The notes under the pieces are model-generated. The model searched no databases and was not told where the DNA came from. It saw nothing but the letters and a program-made list of their open reading frames with translations. 64,000 bases of DNA from Hydrolagus colliei (Eukaryota), in assembly GCA_035084275.1 (NCBI GenBank), contig CM068755.1, positions 11,222,001 to 11,286,000 of the forward strand, given 5' to 3'. Positions 50,051 through 62,318 of the stretch are shown piece after piece. The position numbers and the translations under genes are program-made. How positions within the stretch are numbered: position 1 is the first letter of the stretch; each line of letters opens with the position of its first letter.

Positions 50051-53000
50051 TCTTTCTTTGTATTGTCCCAACTACCTCTGCACAATCCAAGAATTATGCT
50101 ATTGATCCATCCAATCTGCTATGGCTGTGTTCATCAAACTGAAATATACTAACGGTAAGGAACAGAACAATGTTACACTATTGGATCAAGGTCTCCCCAG
50201 GTCAAGTATAACTTGGTGTAGATGTAGACTAAAGCCCCTTTTGCTATTCCAGTGTGGAAACCATGTTAAAAATCAAAAACCATGTTAGCTGTTTCTTAGT
50301 TTCCCCTGGACCTTGTTAGCTGTCCATGACACCAGCACCTTGGGATGTCCTCTTGACATGAAAGCAATAAACAAATGTAACTTTGCTGTTGTCATCGTCG
50401 TTGTTGTTGTATTCCCAATGTGTGTTGCAACCTTACCAAGAAGATCCCTTGGTTTCTAGTTTGTCCTTGTATTTGCCTGAGAAAATTTTGTTTGCGTTTT
50501 CTCATGTGTATCCCTAAACTCAGCTGTTTGCCAGGATGCTGCACTAAATGACCGCAATTGACTTGTGTTGGTTGGTCACAGAAATACAGGGGAAAATGAT
50601 GCAGTATCCACTTGACTGCTAAATGTAACAGTAGTATTGAAAAGTAGGGGGAGGATGGAATACCATCACTCTCAGTGAGAGGGGTTAAAGTTTTAGTTAA
50701 ATGCCAAAATATCCACAGGACCTTTAACTGCACTTTGCCAAATTGGAGCGGAAACTCGTGCCTCAGAAAACGATGCATGTTTGTGCATACGTGGGAAGCA
50801 GGATTGTGAAATATTTTGTTACATTCTATACTCAAAGTTAACATGTAAAAGAACGGCAGTGGGAGGTAGAGTGCTGTGTGGGAGGATCGAGTTGGCAGCG
50901 CGAAACTCTGAAACCAAACTGATCTGCAGTGAGATTGCAACCATTGCTGTTTAAACTGAGACCCACATTATGTTGGCTTCACTAGTGCCAATCTTGGCCA
51001 AGTTCAGTTCAGCAAAACACCATAGTGGTTTGCATTGCATTCTAGCAGCCAGTTTTTAGCCAATTTTGTAGCCATTTCCTAAAATGCATTATAAATAGGG
51101 TAAAAAAGGTCTACTTTTATAACATGTTGATGAATACAATTCCTCATCTCATTAATTATAAGAAGCACACAACCCAATATAATACAGTACTTTACTTGAT
51201 GAGCAATATATTTATGCCTATGAAATAACACAATTGTTGCACACATTGAGCACACGGCAGCTCTTCCAAACAATAGACTGAAATGAGACTCAGTTGCACA
51301 GAGCTCATAGGCAGTTTAGTTTTGGAATGTGTCAATGCTGTTCAATAAGCACACTTAAGCTGAACCACTTCACACCTGTACTGTGAGGCATGGCAAGAGT
51401 TTTCTGGGCCTTAAAGAATAAACATTTTGTGTTTGACTGTGTCCTCTTCTTCTACTGCCTCAGTGCATCCAAATATATTGTTCTGGGTTTACTCTCTCAA
51501 TCTCATTAAAATGTTTATTGTAAGCTCCTCTGAGATGTCCCTGAAGAGGGGATGAACAACCCAAACTTGGTCTACAGCCCAGTTTAAGATGAAATTAGTC
51601 AACCTGTGTTTAAATGTTTGGGTCAAACGCACAAAGCAAAGTAGGCTAGCAGTATAAAAACAAACATTGTATCGCCATCATTTATTTCTCAAGTCCATAG
51701 TTATTAAGGATGAACTAAGACGGCATGTCTAACTTGGTGTTGGTCACTATTTGCTCAGGAAATACTGGGAGGTCAGAGACAAAAAGGTGAGTGGTTTGAA
51801 GCTGAACATTTCAGCTAGCTATCATTTTGACCTTTGATATTTACTGAGGAAGTAATGTCATATCTGGTTCTGAGATTTTCACAGCAGGATTCGAGGAATA
51901 TTCATTCAAATTAAATGTGCTGCTTATATGAAGTAACCATGGCATCTACAAAGCAAATATGATTTTTCTGTAATTCTCTCTGATACGTTCTATTGGTAAT
52001 TTGGCAAGGTAATTTTTAAATGACCTAACCAGGGTAGTAACCCCCACATAGGCCTGCGTTGTGCATAATGTTCATGTGCTTTAGAGAGTCCTTTAATGAA
52101 TTTTGGAAGAATAGTCAGCACAATGCGAGTGCATTTGCAAAACAAAAGAATCTGTCACAATATGTCTATCAGTATAAGATTGCTCAGTTCATCTGGCATT
52201 TTCAACAATTTAATTATACAGTGGCAGCAGATACAGCACCTTTCAAGCAACTAGATAATTAGTCAAGACAGCAGGGAGTTCAATGTAAAATACACGTGAT
52301 ATTCTAATGCTGTATTCTCTAGAGTGCCAGACCTATTCAGATCAATGTAAATTAGTTCTACCTATAAAGGCCCATTTCAGAACCTAATTAAACCCAGTCT
52401 AGTTTAAACATACGAGGCTCATGAAGTGGTTTAAAATAAATCTTCCAGTTTTATTAGTTTCTGGCACATATGTGGCTACAGGACTAAGTTACAGGGGTTC
52501 AAGTGTTTTATTAAAGATTCCTTGAAAATGGCACTGTTCAAACTGTTCTGAGCGCAGGTTCAGTCCAGAGTGTCACTTTAAGACGAGTGTGGTGAGCCAA
52601 ACCTAATCAGACAGTTCCTTTGTGCTCTTGTTCACATGCATTGGAGTAAATCTGTCTCCTGACCCATAATGGTCTCAAATGAGTCTATGGTGCAGCCACC
52701 AGTTCAATTGTCTATGTCTACCATGAGCCATGTAATCCTCTCTCACCACCTGCTTCTGTTCAGGCAGATTGTGCTTAACTCTTTAGCTGCTGGCCAGGAA
52801 AATGTCTTTATTTTACAATATTAGGCAAGTCTTCGTTTTAATGTTTTACATGTGTTAACTCATATGTTATTCTAAACACAGTAGAATTCAGCTGAATGGC
52901 TCAGACCTTTGCATTTTGATGTTTGTGAAAGTGTTTGCAGGGTATTCAAGTGGCTCACAGACATGCTTGGTGAATGATGCTCAGTAGTGTTGGATCACAA

Positions 53001-53144
53001 AGTGGCAGGATGCCAAATCATGCTCTCATTTCCACAGGGTATGATCCAAATCTCAGTCAGATCTCCTGGAGGGATTGACAATTAGATGCAAGGCACTTTT
53101 CTATAGAAAGATTCCACTCTGTAGCTTGACTCATCCTCAAATAG

Positions 53145-53606
53145 AAATAGTCCTTACATTTGATATAGTGCCTTATCAGCTTGTCAAAAAGTATCAAAGC
53201 GAATCAAAGAAAGTATAGTGACTTTCTTTTGCATTTTTGAAGGTATAGTGACGTTCATTTGTAGGTGAACGCAGAGAACGTTTGAACGTAGCAATATTCC
53301 TCAAACCAGCCATAAAACTATTGATCAATCTTTTTTTGTCTGAGGGCATACTTGGCTTGGACTCCAGAAGAAAATCCCTTCTCTTTTGCAAACAGTGCCA
53401 TGGGACCTTCAACATTCACAGGCAGACAGCACCTCAGTTTAATGTCTCATCTGAAAGACAACACCTCCGACAATGGAATGCTCCCCCAACACTGCACTGC
53501 ACTGGAATGTTAGCCTTGATAATGGGTTCAGAGTCTAGACAACATGGGGCTTGAATCTATAAGCTTCTGACTTAGAGGCAAGAGGATTACTGGGCCTGGC
53601 TGACAC
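53145..53606 (-). mobile_element. Older Deu-domain SINE, near full length
   Basis: aaacagtgccatgggaccttcaacattcac...cacctcagtttaatgtctcatctgaaagac...ggggcttgaatc...ttctgacttagaggcaagag. Confidence 0.75.
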
Positions 53607-54778
53607 CTAATTTAAACACACATATGTTCAGGAGAATGGTCAGATGCAGGAACCATGATCATTCCCCACTCTCATCATCGTAGATGTCACATTTTGCTTC
53701 CCTGTTCCCATTGCCATCTAAGTGAAAATCAGCTGCCAGCACAAACCAGGAGCTAAACTTGAAACCTTTCTAGAATCAATCAGTGACACATCATCTTAGT
53801 GCAATTACTCCATCAGCTGTTTAAGGTCAAAATCTTTCCTTAGGAATGGAGGAGGAGGAGGAGGTGGGGGAGGGGGGAATCAGAATCAAATAATTTTATT
53901 ACAAAAGGTAGATCATGCTTGTTGTCTATTCATTCGAGTGGATTTTTATGTCTAGATGGTTCTTTCTGTTTTTATCTCTTGTGTTCCAATGTTTACGTTT
54001 TTATTTTGAACATCTTCTATAGTTTTCCTATAGAAAAGTGTCTTGCAGATGCTGGCTGAACTTACTCACCATTGACGAGAAGAATACAATTCTATCAGTA
54101 AGATTAAAAAACATTTCCATCTGCCAAGATTTTCCGAAAATTCCTTCAATAACTTTCCAAGTGCCAGAACATTTGAATTGTTACTTTCAGTCACCAGCTG
54201 CCCTTAAACTATATAATGACATGGTTTGATGCAGAATCCATTGGAAGTCCAGCACATTTCAAACCTGAACACTTGATTAAAATGAAGTAAACCATAAAAT
54301 TAGGTTTACCTCCAAAAACCAGCAGGCTGTTTTGTTGGAACTACAAAGGTTGCTGCAATACAAGTTGAACAAAATAGTGTAGCTGGAGTTCATTTTGAGA
54401 AACTAGATCCTTTTATTTTGCAAATTCTTTGCAGAAGAACAACTTTGCTCCAATCTATTGATTAATCAAAGAGTACTCAACTTCCCTTATTTAATATAAT
54501 GGCTACAATGAAGAAAGAAATATTTCTGAGGTGAAATCATATCTCGTGTTCCCTCAGAGCTACAATCACTCAGACAGGAAGCTTGTCTCCTCCCACTAAT
54601 TACATGACATCAGACAAAAGACAACAATCAGATAATCTTATGAGACTTCCTGAGAAACAGATCAACTACATATGTTGAGGAAATCACCTCCTCTCACCTA
54701 TTACAGTATTTATGTCCAAAAGTGAAATGCTGAGCAGCATCTTGCATCCCAAATGCTTGTTGTTGAGTCATCTTAGTG

Positions 54779-54989
54779 ATAATAATAATCTTTGCATTTG
54801 ATATCGCGCTTTTCACATCCGCTAGACGTCTCAAAGCACTTCACAGAATATACTGTAAAGTGAATTGATTGTATATTTGTGGGTGAAGTGCGGCAGCCAA
54901 TTGCACACAGCGGTGTCCCAAAAACAGTCGTGGATTGAAATGACCAATTTTTATTATTGTGTTTTTTTGAGGGATTATCATTAGGCATG
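54779..54989 (-). mobile_element. 5'-truncated young SINE
   Basis: Close match to SINE body and tail. Confidence 0.88.
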
Positions 54990-55444
54990 ATACACAAGAT
55001 CTCACAGATTTGACTTTTTTTCCTTCCATGTTTCAGTCTGTTCAGGAACTATATATTTTGCTGTATTCATTCTGGGTTGGAGATTCCGCCCCAACCCCCC
55101 ACCAACCCCCAAGGATATAATTATTTTGAGTAACACATTGAAGCTGTTTCTGTAATGGAAGTCTAGGAAAGTGAATCCTACAACAACCATCTGCAATCCA
55201 GACTTCATGCGATTCTCACAGCCAGGTGGTGGTTTAATGAAAGTTCAAATCCGAGGCATTGCAGAGACTTCAAAAGCACGAGTTGTAGGATAATTCAAAG
55301 TATAACAATGTCTTGTGTTCTGCCTTGTGTTAATATAACAGGATATGACTAAGAAGGGATGTCTTTGGGCAGGTAAAAGATTTAATATTCATGGCCAAAA
55401 TATTTGGATATTCTTAAAGCTTGATTTTTACATAGATTAATTCA

Positions 55445-55521
55445 CATGTTTCCCCCATCACATCTCCTCTCACCTACGCATTGTAGAGTGTAGATGAGAG
55501 GAGGGGTGATGGGGGGAAATG
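55445..55521. repeat. ~34-bp-arm inverted repeat (77-nt hairpin)
   Basis: Left arm catgtttcccccatcacatctcctctcacctacgc; reverse complement of right arm catttccccccatcacccctcctctcatctacac; 8-nt loop attgtaga. Confidence 0.9.
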
Positions 55522-56168
55522 TAGATCTCCTCGGTAGCTCTGTAGGCATTCACAGTGCTTCATTCTCACTCACCACCAACATATCACAGGGAATAGATGA
55601 GTACTCACATATATTTACCATCTATCAGAGATCACACATACAATACCGGGGATGATATCATAGCAAGGATTACACATGCACTTATCACTATAGTGCCAAC
55701 TCTAAAAGTAAACTTTCTCTTCAAATGATATTGCAACTTAACTGCTTATGTTAACATCTGTCTAATTTCAATGATTCACATCACACAGCATGGAGAACAA
55801 TACACACTAAATAAAATCAACCCAGAGATAGCATGGATAATTCCGTTATCCATTTACTAACCAAGAGATCAGAGTAGAGTGAGTGCTTCAAACAGATTAT
55901 CTCTGTCAGCAAGCTTAATAAACACTTGATAAAAAACACCCTTTCCATTGGCATTTCCTTTGCAGAATTACATTCATGAATACTATCAGGATATTCACAG
56001 TCAAGATAAAGTTTTTATTTATTTGAAGTTATCCTTTTGTACAGTTTTGTTACTGCTCTGCTCAGGTGTTACTCCAGATGTTTGATTCCAGATAACAGGT
56101 TCATTATGACGATGTCAACACAGCTCTCAGTCGAAAACAAATCAGTCTATACTTTAAATCTATGAATA

Positions 56169-56362
56169 TAATAATAATCCTTGCATTTGATATAGCGCTT
56201 TTCACATCTTAGTGACATCCCAAAGCGTTTCACAGAATATACTGTAAAGTGAATTGACTGTATACTTGTGGGCGAATCGCGGCAGTTTATCGCACACAGC
56301 AGTGTCCCACAAACTGTCGTGGATTAAAATTACCAATTTTTTTATTGTTGTGGTTTTTAAGA
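56169..56362 (-). mobile_element. 5'-truncated young SINE
   Basis: Close match to SINE body and tail. Confidence 0.88.
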
Positions 56363-58549
56363 TTATGTCTGTTTCTTCTCTACATCTGTCAATCCAGAAG
56401 AGTACTCATTATGTAAGATTGAGGCATATCTGGAAATTGTCATTTAAAAAAAATCTTTGAAAACTGTATTGTATCTGTTCTTATCAGTTACTCCTTTTGA
56501 GGTTCAATCATGTAGGGATATCACCATCTAAACCATACTATAATTCATTCCTGGGAAGCAGAGCTATTGCCAGGAGAGCTATGAACTTCTTTTGGCTGAG
56601 TTCGGGATGTTAGAGGGTCCTAATCCGAGAAGTTTGATTCATAAAGGAGAAATTGGAATACATATCTATCTTGAGCCCAACAATTTATCCAACAATTTCT
56701 TCTTTAGAAGCAGCATAATTAAAAGTATAAATGGCTTAAGGAACTATTCTTCACAGATACTGCTTTCGAAAGCCTTCTGTGTTCACCAAAGCTGCACAAT
56801 GATGTTTACAGTGTGGCCAGATGCTACCTTATAGACAATGTTACAGGCTTCAGCCGCACACAATAGAACTCATTGACATGCTTGTATCCCAATTCACTCC
56901 TTTGATCTCCAGTCTCCCTTCAGGGTTTTACGACAGCCAAGGTCTAAGTACATCTGCTGAGCATCATTAGCAGCTACTAGATACTCCAATCCAGCACCTC
57001 CACGATACCAGCAAAATGTGCACAGACATGTTTAACCCTGCTGTGTACCAGCTGAACCAATAACTCAAATTATGTTCCTTTATATTCCTATGTTACAATT
57101 ATGCAAATTGTAAGGAAGCCTCGTATTCTGTTTTCATGACGTACCCAGTGCATGCTTTATTTAAATATTATAGTGCACTTTAATACACAATTGCTGATAA
57201 ATATTTTACACAATTCTTAAATACACCAACTATTTTTTCACAAAAATTTAACCCATACTGCGCCATCACAGTCAAGCTACACGTTATACATATTTTTAGT
57301 TTCAGATGATTCCTTTGCAAAGATATAATGGCAATATAATCTTGATAATCTTGTTTTAAAATATCTGGTTTAAATCTTCTTCGTGCTATTATTAAGGTAA
57401 GAAAGGCTATGTATTACAGTAATGTTAATCAGAAAACTTAGCATGACTGAGAGATGTTATTATAACTGTTATGCATAAAATATTTATTTTATTTTCACCG
57501 TACTTATTTTGCTGCATGACTTGCCACATGACACAATATGGGAATAATTCCTATGCATCATTGAAACAAATGATATCAGAAACTACTCTGTTATACAATA
57601 CAAATTTACACTTAGATATATCAGGATGATGTTCCAAATCTGACTTTATCTCTTTCGGTTGATCCTGATGAACCAAGCTTACAATTATTTTGGTCAACAT
57701 TTGTTTTATTGCCATACAAATTGAAGTTTCTTTAAAGCATCACTTTTAATTTACCATTTTATGTTGAGCATTTGAAGAATTTGAAATGTGCTCTTAAAAT
57801 CCCAATAACTATCATGGGAATTAATAAATGCTGGCCTTTTCTATACTTCATGCAGGAATATGGGTCAGAAAGGCGATTATCCAACACATAAGCCATAACT
57901 TGACCACAGTCCATAGCAGAAAAAGACAAAGGCTCTCTTACACTGCGAATAAATAATTCAAAAATCTTGCTTTCAGTTTATTAATTTGCTTCTGCTGCTA
58001 CAAGATGCAGTTTTTCAAATCTGTCCTCTCATCAGCACAGAAACAATAGCAAAGATGGATTCAAAACTCAACAGATGCAACTTTTCCAGCATTATGCTGG
58101 AAATTTGTAATTTTGTATTATTTGTATTAGTAATTTGTACCAGGTGAGGAAACGTGTCCCTGGTCCTGTTTTAAGTTCTCTCCTTCTTCCTCTCCCTGGT
58201 ACATCTCCTTATTAGCATGAACGAATGGAGAACTGAAATTCATGGAGAATTCTCTTATACTTCTCTTATATAATGATTCTCTTATTATATTGCATGTTAA
58301 GAACAGAAAGTTGACTCCCAGTGCCATATCCCCTCTGTTATTGTTTAGAATATGAGTTGCTAATAGCTTTTGTGCAGAACACTTGTACAAGTTGGCGTGC
58401 TTTGTAAGTACGATATGTGACGACATTCACATAAGTTTATTAATGGCTCTGTCATTATCACTGAAGATTGTGTGAGAAACAATGTGAATATGAAAAATGC
58501 CAGATTTTCCCTCGAGCATTTATGATGTGTTAGTGGGCTTTGATCTTCT

Positions 58550-58680
58550 GCTCAGGCTGACACTCTGTTGCAATGCTGGGTAAGTGCTGCATTTGCAGGA
58601 ATAACATCCTTTGGATGAGACAGTAAACCAAGGTCCCATTTGCCTTTTTGGGTAAATGTTAAATATCCCATGGCAAATTG
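58550..58680 (+). mobile_element. Deu-domain SINE core fragment
   Basis: ctttggatgagacagtaaaccaaggtccc...gggtaaatgttaaatatcccatggca, cf. 23205-23265. Confidence 0.65.
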
Positions 58681-58729
58681 TGACAATTTAACCCTGTAAT
58701 TTATGTCATTTATTTTGTTCTTTAGAAAT

Positions 58730-58875
58730 TCCTCCTTCAACCTCTTCGCCTCTGCCTCTCCTTTCACGTCTACAGGTTGCACTTGAAGAAACATTCTCTT
58801 TGACCATGCTAACGGTCACCTTTCCCCTCCCCCTGGCTCGGCCTCCGCCATTGTGAAACGCTCTGAGATGTCATC
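58730..58875 (+). mobile_element. L2 3' end fragment
   Basis: cacttgaagaaacattctctttgaccatgc (LK..LFD-like), pyrimidine tract, tgtgaaacgctctgagatgtc tail. Confidence 0.5.
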
Positions 58876-59721
58876 CAGAGTTCACAACAATATTTTAAAG
58901 GAGTCAATTTGGAGATGTAAATTTATAACACAAATTTACTTTTATGTAAAGCAACCAAATCAACAGAAAGTGATCTAATCATCGTTTGTTACATCTCTGC
59001 ATGCAATCTGTAAAATGACATTAAGAGTACAGATTCAGATAAAGCAGAAACTCTGAAGCCTTTAATATATTTGTGGGTTTTATTGCAAAACGCTATCTTA
59101 CTCCACTGGAAGCAATGAAGCAGTTTATATCCTTATAAAAAGTGTGGCAATCTTTAGATCACTGTCAGTTACCTGTCTACAAAAACACTTTGCAGAAAGG
59201 CTTGTGAAGTACTCTTGAGACATTTCAATATGATTAGGTGCTCTATCAAATGCAAGTATTATTATTACTTACGACTATTTTTTAGCATTTGTCATTTTGA
59301 CATGTTTATAGTCATGTTTCTTCACATAAATTTCCTCTGTTCGTCTCCTATCCTTTTTTGTTGTACAGGGGGAACAGTTCAGTGGGTCAAGTAAGCGTAA
59401 TATATTTAAAAAACCTACCTTCACAAGTGGTCATAATCAAACAAACATAATCAAGGAAATTACAATTCAAAATCATCTGTGCATGCTATAGTGTAGTGGG
59501 ATTTTTGGTGGTGTTCTTATTACACTCTTTAGGCTGGTGCTGGCGGGAAAACACTGTACATTTTGCTTGCAGTTCATTTTGCAGACTATGGGGCCTGAAT
59601 TTCCCCCACGTGGATTACACAAACCGGAAGTTGTATTTATCACAACTTATCTAGTTTGTGAGTATCATAAATTGGAGCCCAATGTTATAATAATCACAAT
59701 AATAATCCTTGCATTTTTTAT

Positions 59722-60176
59722 AACTTCAGTTATGGGGATACGCTAGAGATGCTAGGCTTATTATCATTGGAGCAGGGAAGGTTACGAGGAGACCTAATAG
59801 AGGTTTTCAAGATCATGAGGAGATTCGATAGGGTAAACAGGGAAAAACTGTTTCCACTGGTGGGTGTGTCAGTGACTCAAGGTCACAGATTTAAGATAGT
59901 TTCTAAAAGAAGCAGAGGGGAGCTGAGGAAAATTTTTTCACTCAGCGAGTTATTCAAATCTGGAATGCATTGCCTGAAAAGGTGGTGGAGGCCGATTCAA
60001 TAAACCACTTTTAAAAGAGAGGTAGACATTTATTTGGGGAGGACAGGTTTGTGCAGTTATGGATAGAGCTAGGGAGTGGGATTGAGTTGCTCTTTTCAAA
60101 GAGCCGGCACAGACTCGATAGGCCAAATGGCCTCTTTTTGTGCCATAAGCTTCTATGATTCCATGATTCTATGATT
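59722..60176 (+). mobile_element. CR1 LINE, 5'-truncated (ORF2 C-terminus + 3' UTR), inserted in a SINE tail
   Basis: LGLLSLEQGRLRGDLIEVFKIMRRFDRVNREKLFPL...QGHRFKI, then shifted frame FTQRVIQIWNALPEKVVEA; ends in the CR1 octamer repeat ttctatgattccatgattctatgatt. Confidence 0.92.
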
Positions 60177-60983
60177 GATATAGCGGTTTACATATCTTCG
60201 AGGCATCTCAAACCGCTTCACAGAATACACTGTGATGTGAAATTATTTTTAAAAAAATATAATCGATTGTATAATGTTGCTTCATCATTTGAGACATAAT
60301 CGAAACTTTTTTTGAGAAAAACATGCATATAAACAGTTAGTGTAAGGGCTCAATTAGCAGAATGCTTGGGCCATATTTGAATGTTCTCTCTTTGCTGTTT
60401 TGTGTGTGAATTTGTGTGTGCAAATGCCTACAAATACACATCAGTACACTTTTTTTCAGGTGCCTTGATGACATGATAAGGCACCATATAAATGCAAAGA
60501 CTGTTAATTATTATCACTATTGATCAATTTGGTCATGCATCAATTTATGTCGGTCTGGAAAGAAAATTTGTATAATTTAAATTTATTTGACAATGCCAGT
60601 GCCTGATTTCTAGCTTCGGTTAACAACTAAAAATGTCATTTATCCCTTTGGTCTGAAACATACTTTTAAGTCATGCCTGTCTTCTCTTCTGTTTCTTTCC
60701 AGCTCAACATTATGGAGTTATTCTTCACTGATCAGGAAATCCAATTTTCAGTACCGGTTGCCAAAAGTCATTGAATTTACCAACCAGGGAATATTGTACC
60801 TCCACTGAGATTAGCCCTAGCTCCTGCCAATTTTGCCCTTGAGACAGCTGCTCAAAGCTGTACAAAAGAAGCCTAAGGTTTTCTCAGCCTTTCATTTCCT
60901 TCCTTCTGCAGCTTTACCCAAACAACACAGCCACAATCAGAAATTCAACATCTGTGGATTTTCAAGTACAAATTTGAATTACG

Positions 60984-61225
60984 GGCCTGATATTCCATCT
61001 GGTCTCAACCTGCAAGGGCCATTTCGTCTTAACATATGAGAGTGTGCGGAATGGAGAGAAATTCTTACAATCAGATGCTGGTCTTTCAGCACTTTTTTTC
61101 AATAAAAAGGCTATCAAATTAAAACCTATGTAAGTTTACGGTTATAAGGATTTTCCAGTCCTTTGCGATCCTAATGTTCCAGTCAAAACAAAGTTCCGGG
61201 CTGAAACTCAGTGGAATCTCAGGCC
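60984..61225. mobile_element. Candidate MITE / non-autonomous DNA transposon
   Basis: Terminal inverted repeats ggcctgatattcca (60984-97) and tggaatctcaggcc (61212-25), 13/14 match; no clean TSD (tac/tag). Confidence 0.45.
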
Positions 61226-61687
61226 ATAGGCATGGAATGTGAAATTCACTACCACCTCATTATTTATCCCCATTATTTATCATTATTTCATCCTCAGTCC
61301 TTCTTTGTTGAAGTCGCAGCTTCTTGTAGCTGTATGTCATCTTTCTATTGTTCAAAACACCTCACAACTTCTTCATTGCCTGAAGGTTGAAGGCTAGGTT
61401 TTGCTTTGATATTTTCATGGATGTTCCAGAAAGGTTTTACAAACCTCCTGCCGGGTTCTATAGGAGGTCTATTGTTCTGAACCTACTGGTCATCTCCAAG
61501 CATCAGACTTACTTTCTGGTGTGTCAACGTTTGAATTTAATATTGCTGCCCTCCAGACCCGTACGTCTTGGATAATGAAAGACACTTTAATACCAGTCAA
61601 ACAAGCCTTTTGCAATGATTTGTGAACCTTAGTTCCAAACGTTCAGATCAGCATGTCTGGACTGGGAACTGATTTGCTTCTCTCATG

Positions 61688-62318
61688 AACAACAACTACA
61701 ATAAAATTACATTTGTATAGTGCCTTTCACGTCGGGAGGATGTCCGAAGGTGCTGGACAGTCAGTATTTCAGACCAGTGCTGACGTTGGATACGGGTAGG
61801 GTGGAGGGAAGGGAAGTGGAAGGTGGGGTGACTGATATCCCCGTCAAAGAGGAGGGTCTTGAGGCAGGACTTCAAGGAGGCCATAGAGGGGGTGAGGTGT
61901 AGCGATTTGGGGATGTAATTCCAGAGGTCAGGGGCAGAGTGGCTGAAGGCTTGACCACCGATGGTGGGGCGGATAGGTCAGGAGATATGGAGCAGGCCGG
62001 AGCCACTGAGCGGAGGCAACGGACAGCTTGGTACGAAGTTAGGAGGTCACAGAAGTAGATTGGAGCAAGGTCATGGAGGGCTTTAAAGGTGAGGACTAGG
62101 ATCTCGAATTGAATCCTCTGAATGATGGGGAGCCAATGAAGGCAGGCAAGAATTGGGAACATGAGGACACAGAGCTTGGTGCGGGAGAGGACACGGGCTG
62201 TAGAGTTCTGGATGATCAGCAGCCTATGGAGGGATAAGTTGGGAAGGCCGACAAGCAGGGCATTGGTATAGTCAAGCCTGGACATGATGAAGGCACGAAT
62301 GAGAGTTTCGGCAGCTAA
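61688..62318 (-). mobile_element. L2 LINE, 5'-truncated (ORF2 C-terminus + tail)
   Basis: LIRAFIMSRLDYTNALLVGLP...RLLIIQNSTARVL...LHWLPIIQRIQFEILVLTFKALHDLAPIY...LRS, then SLKSCLKTLLFD; tail ...cctcccgacgtgaaaggcactatacaaatgtaattttattg(ttg)n. Confidence 0.95.

Noticed and set aside
50392-50940. 182-aa ORF, longest in the track
   Set aside because: Non-ATG start, ends in an L2-type (ttg)n tail, unremarkable composition.
53848-53877. G-rich tract (also 63954-63985) with G-quadruplex potential
   Set aside because: Low-complexity (gga)n/poly-G tracts are common; no promoter context.
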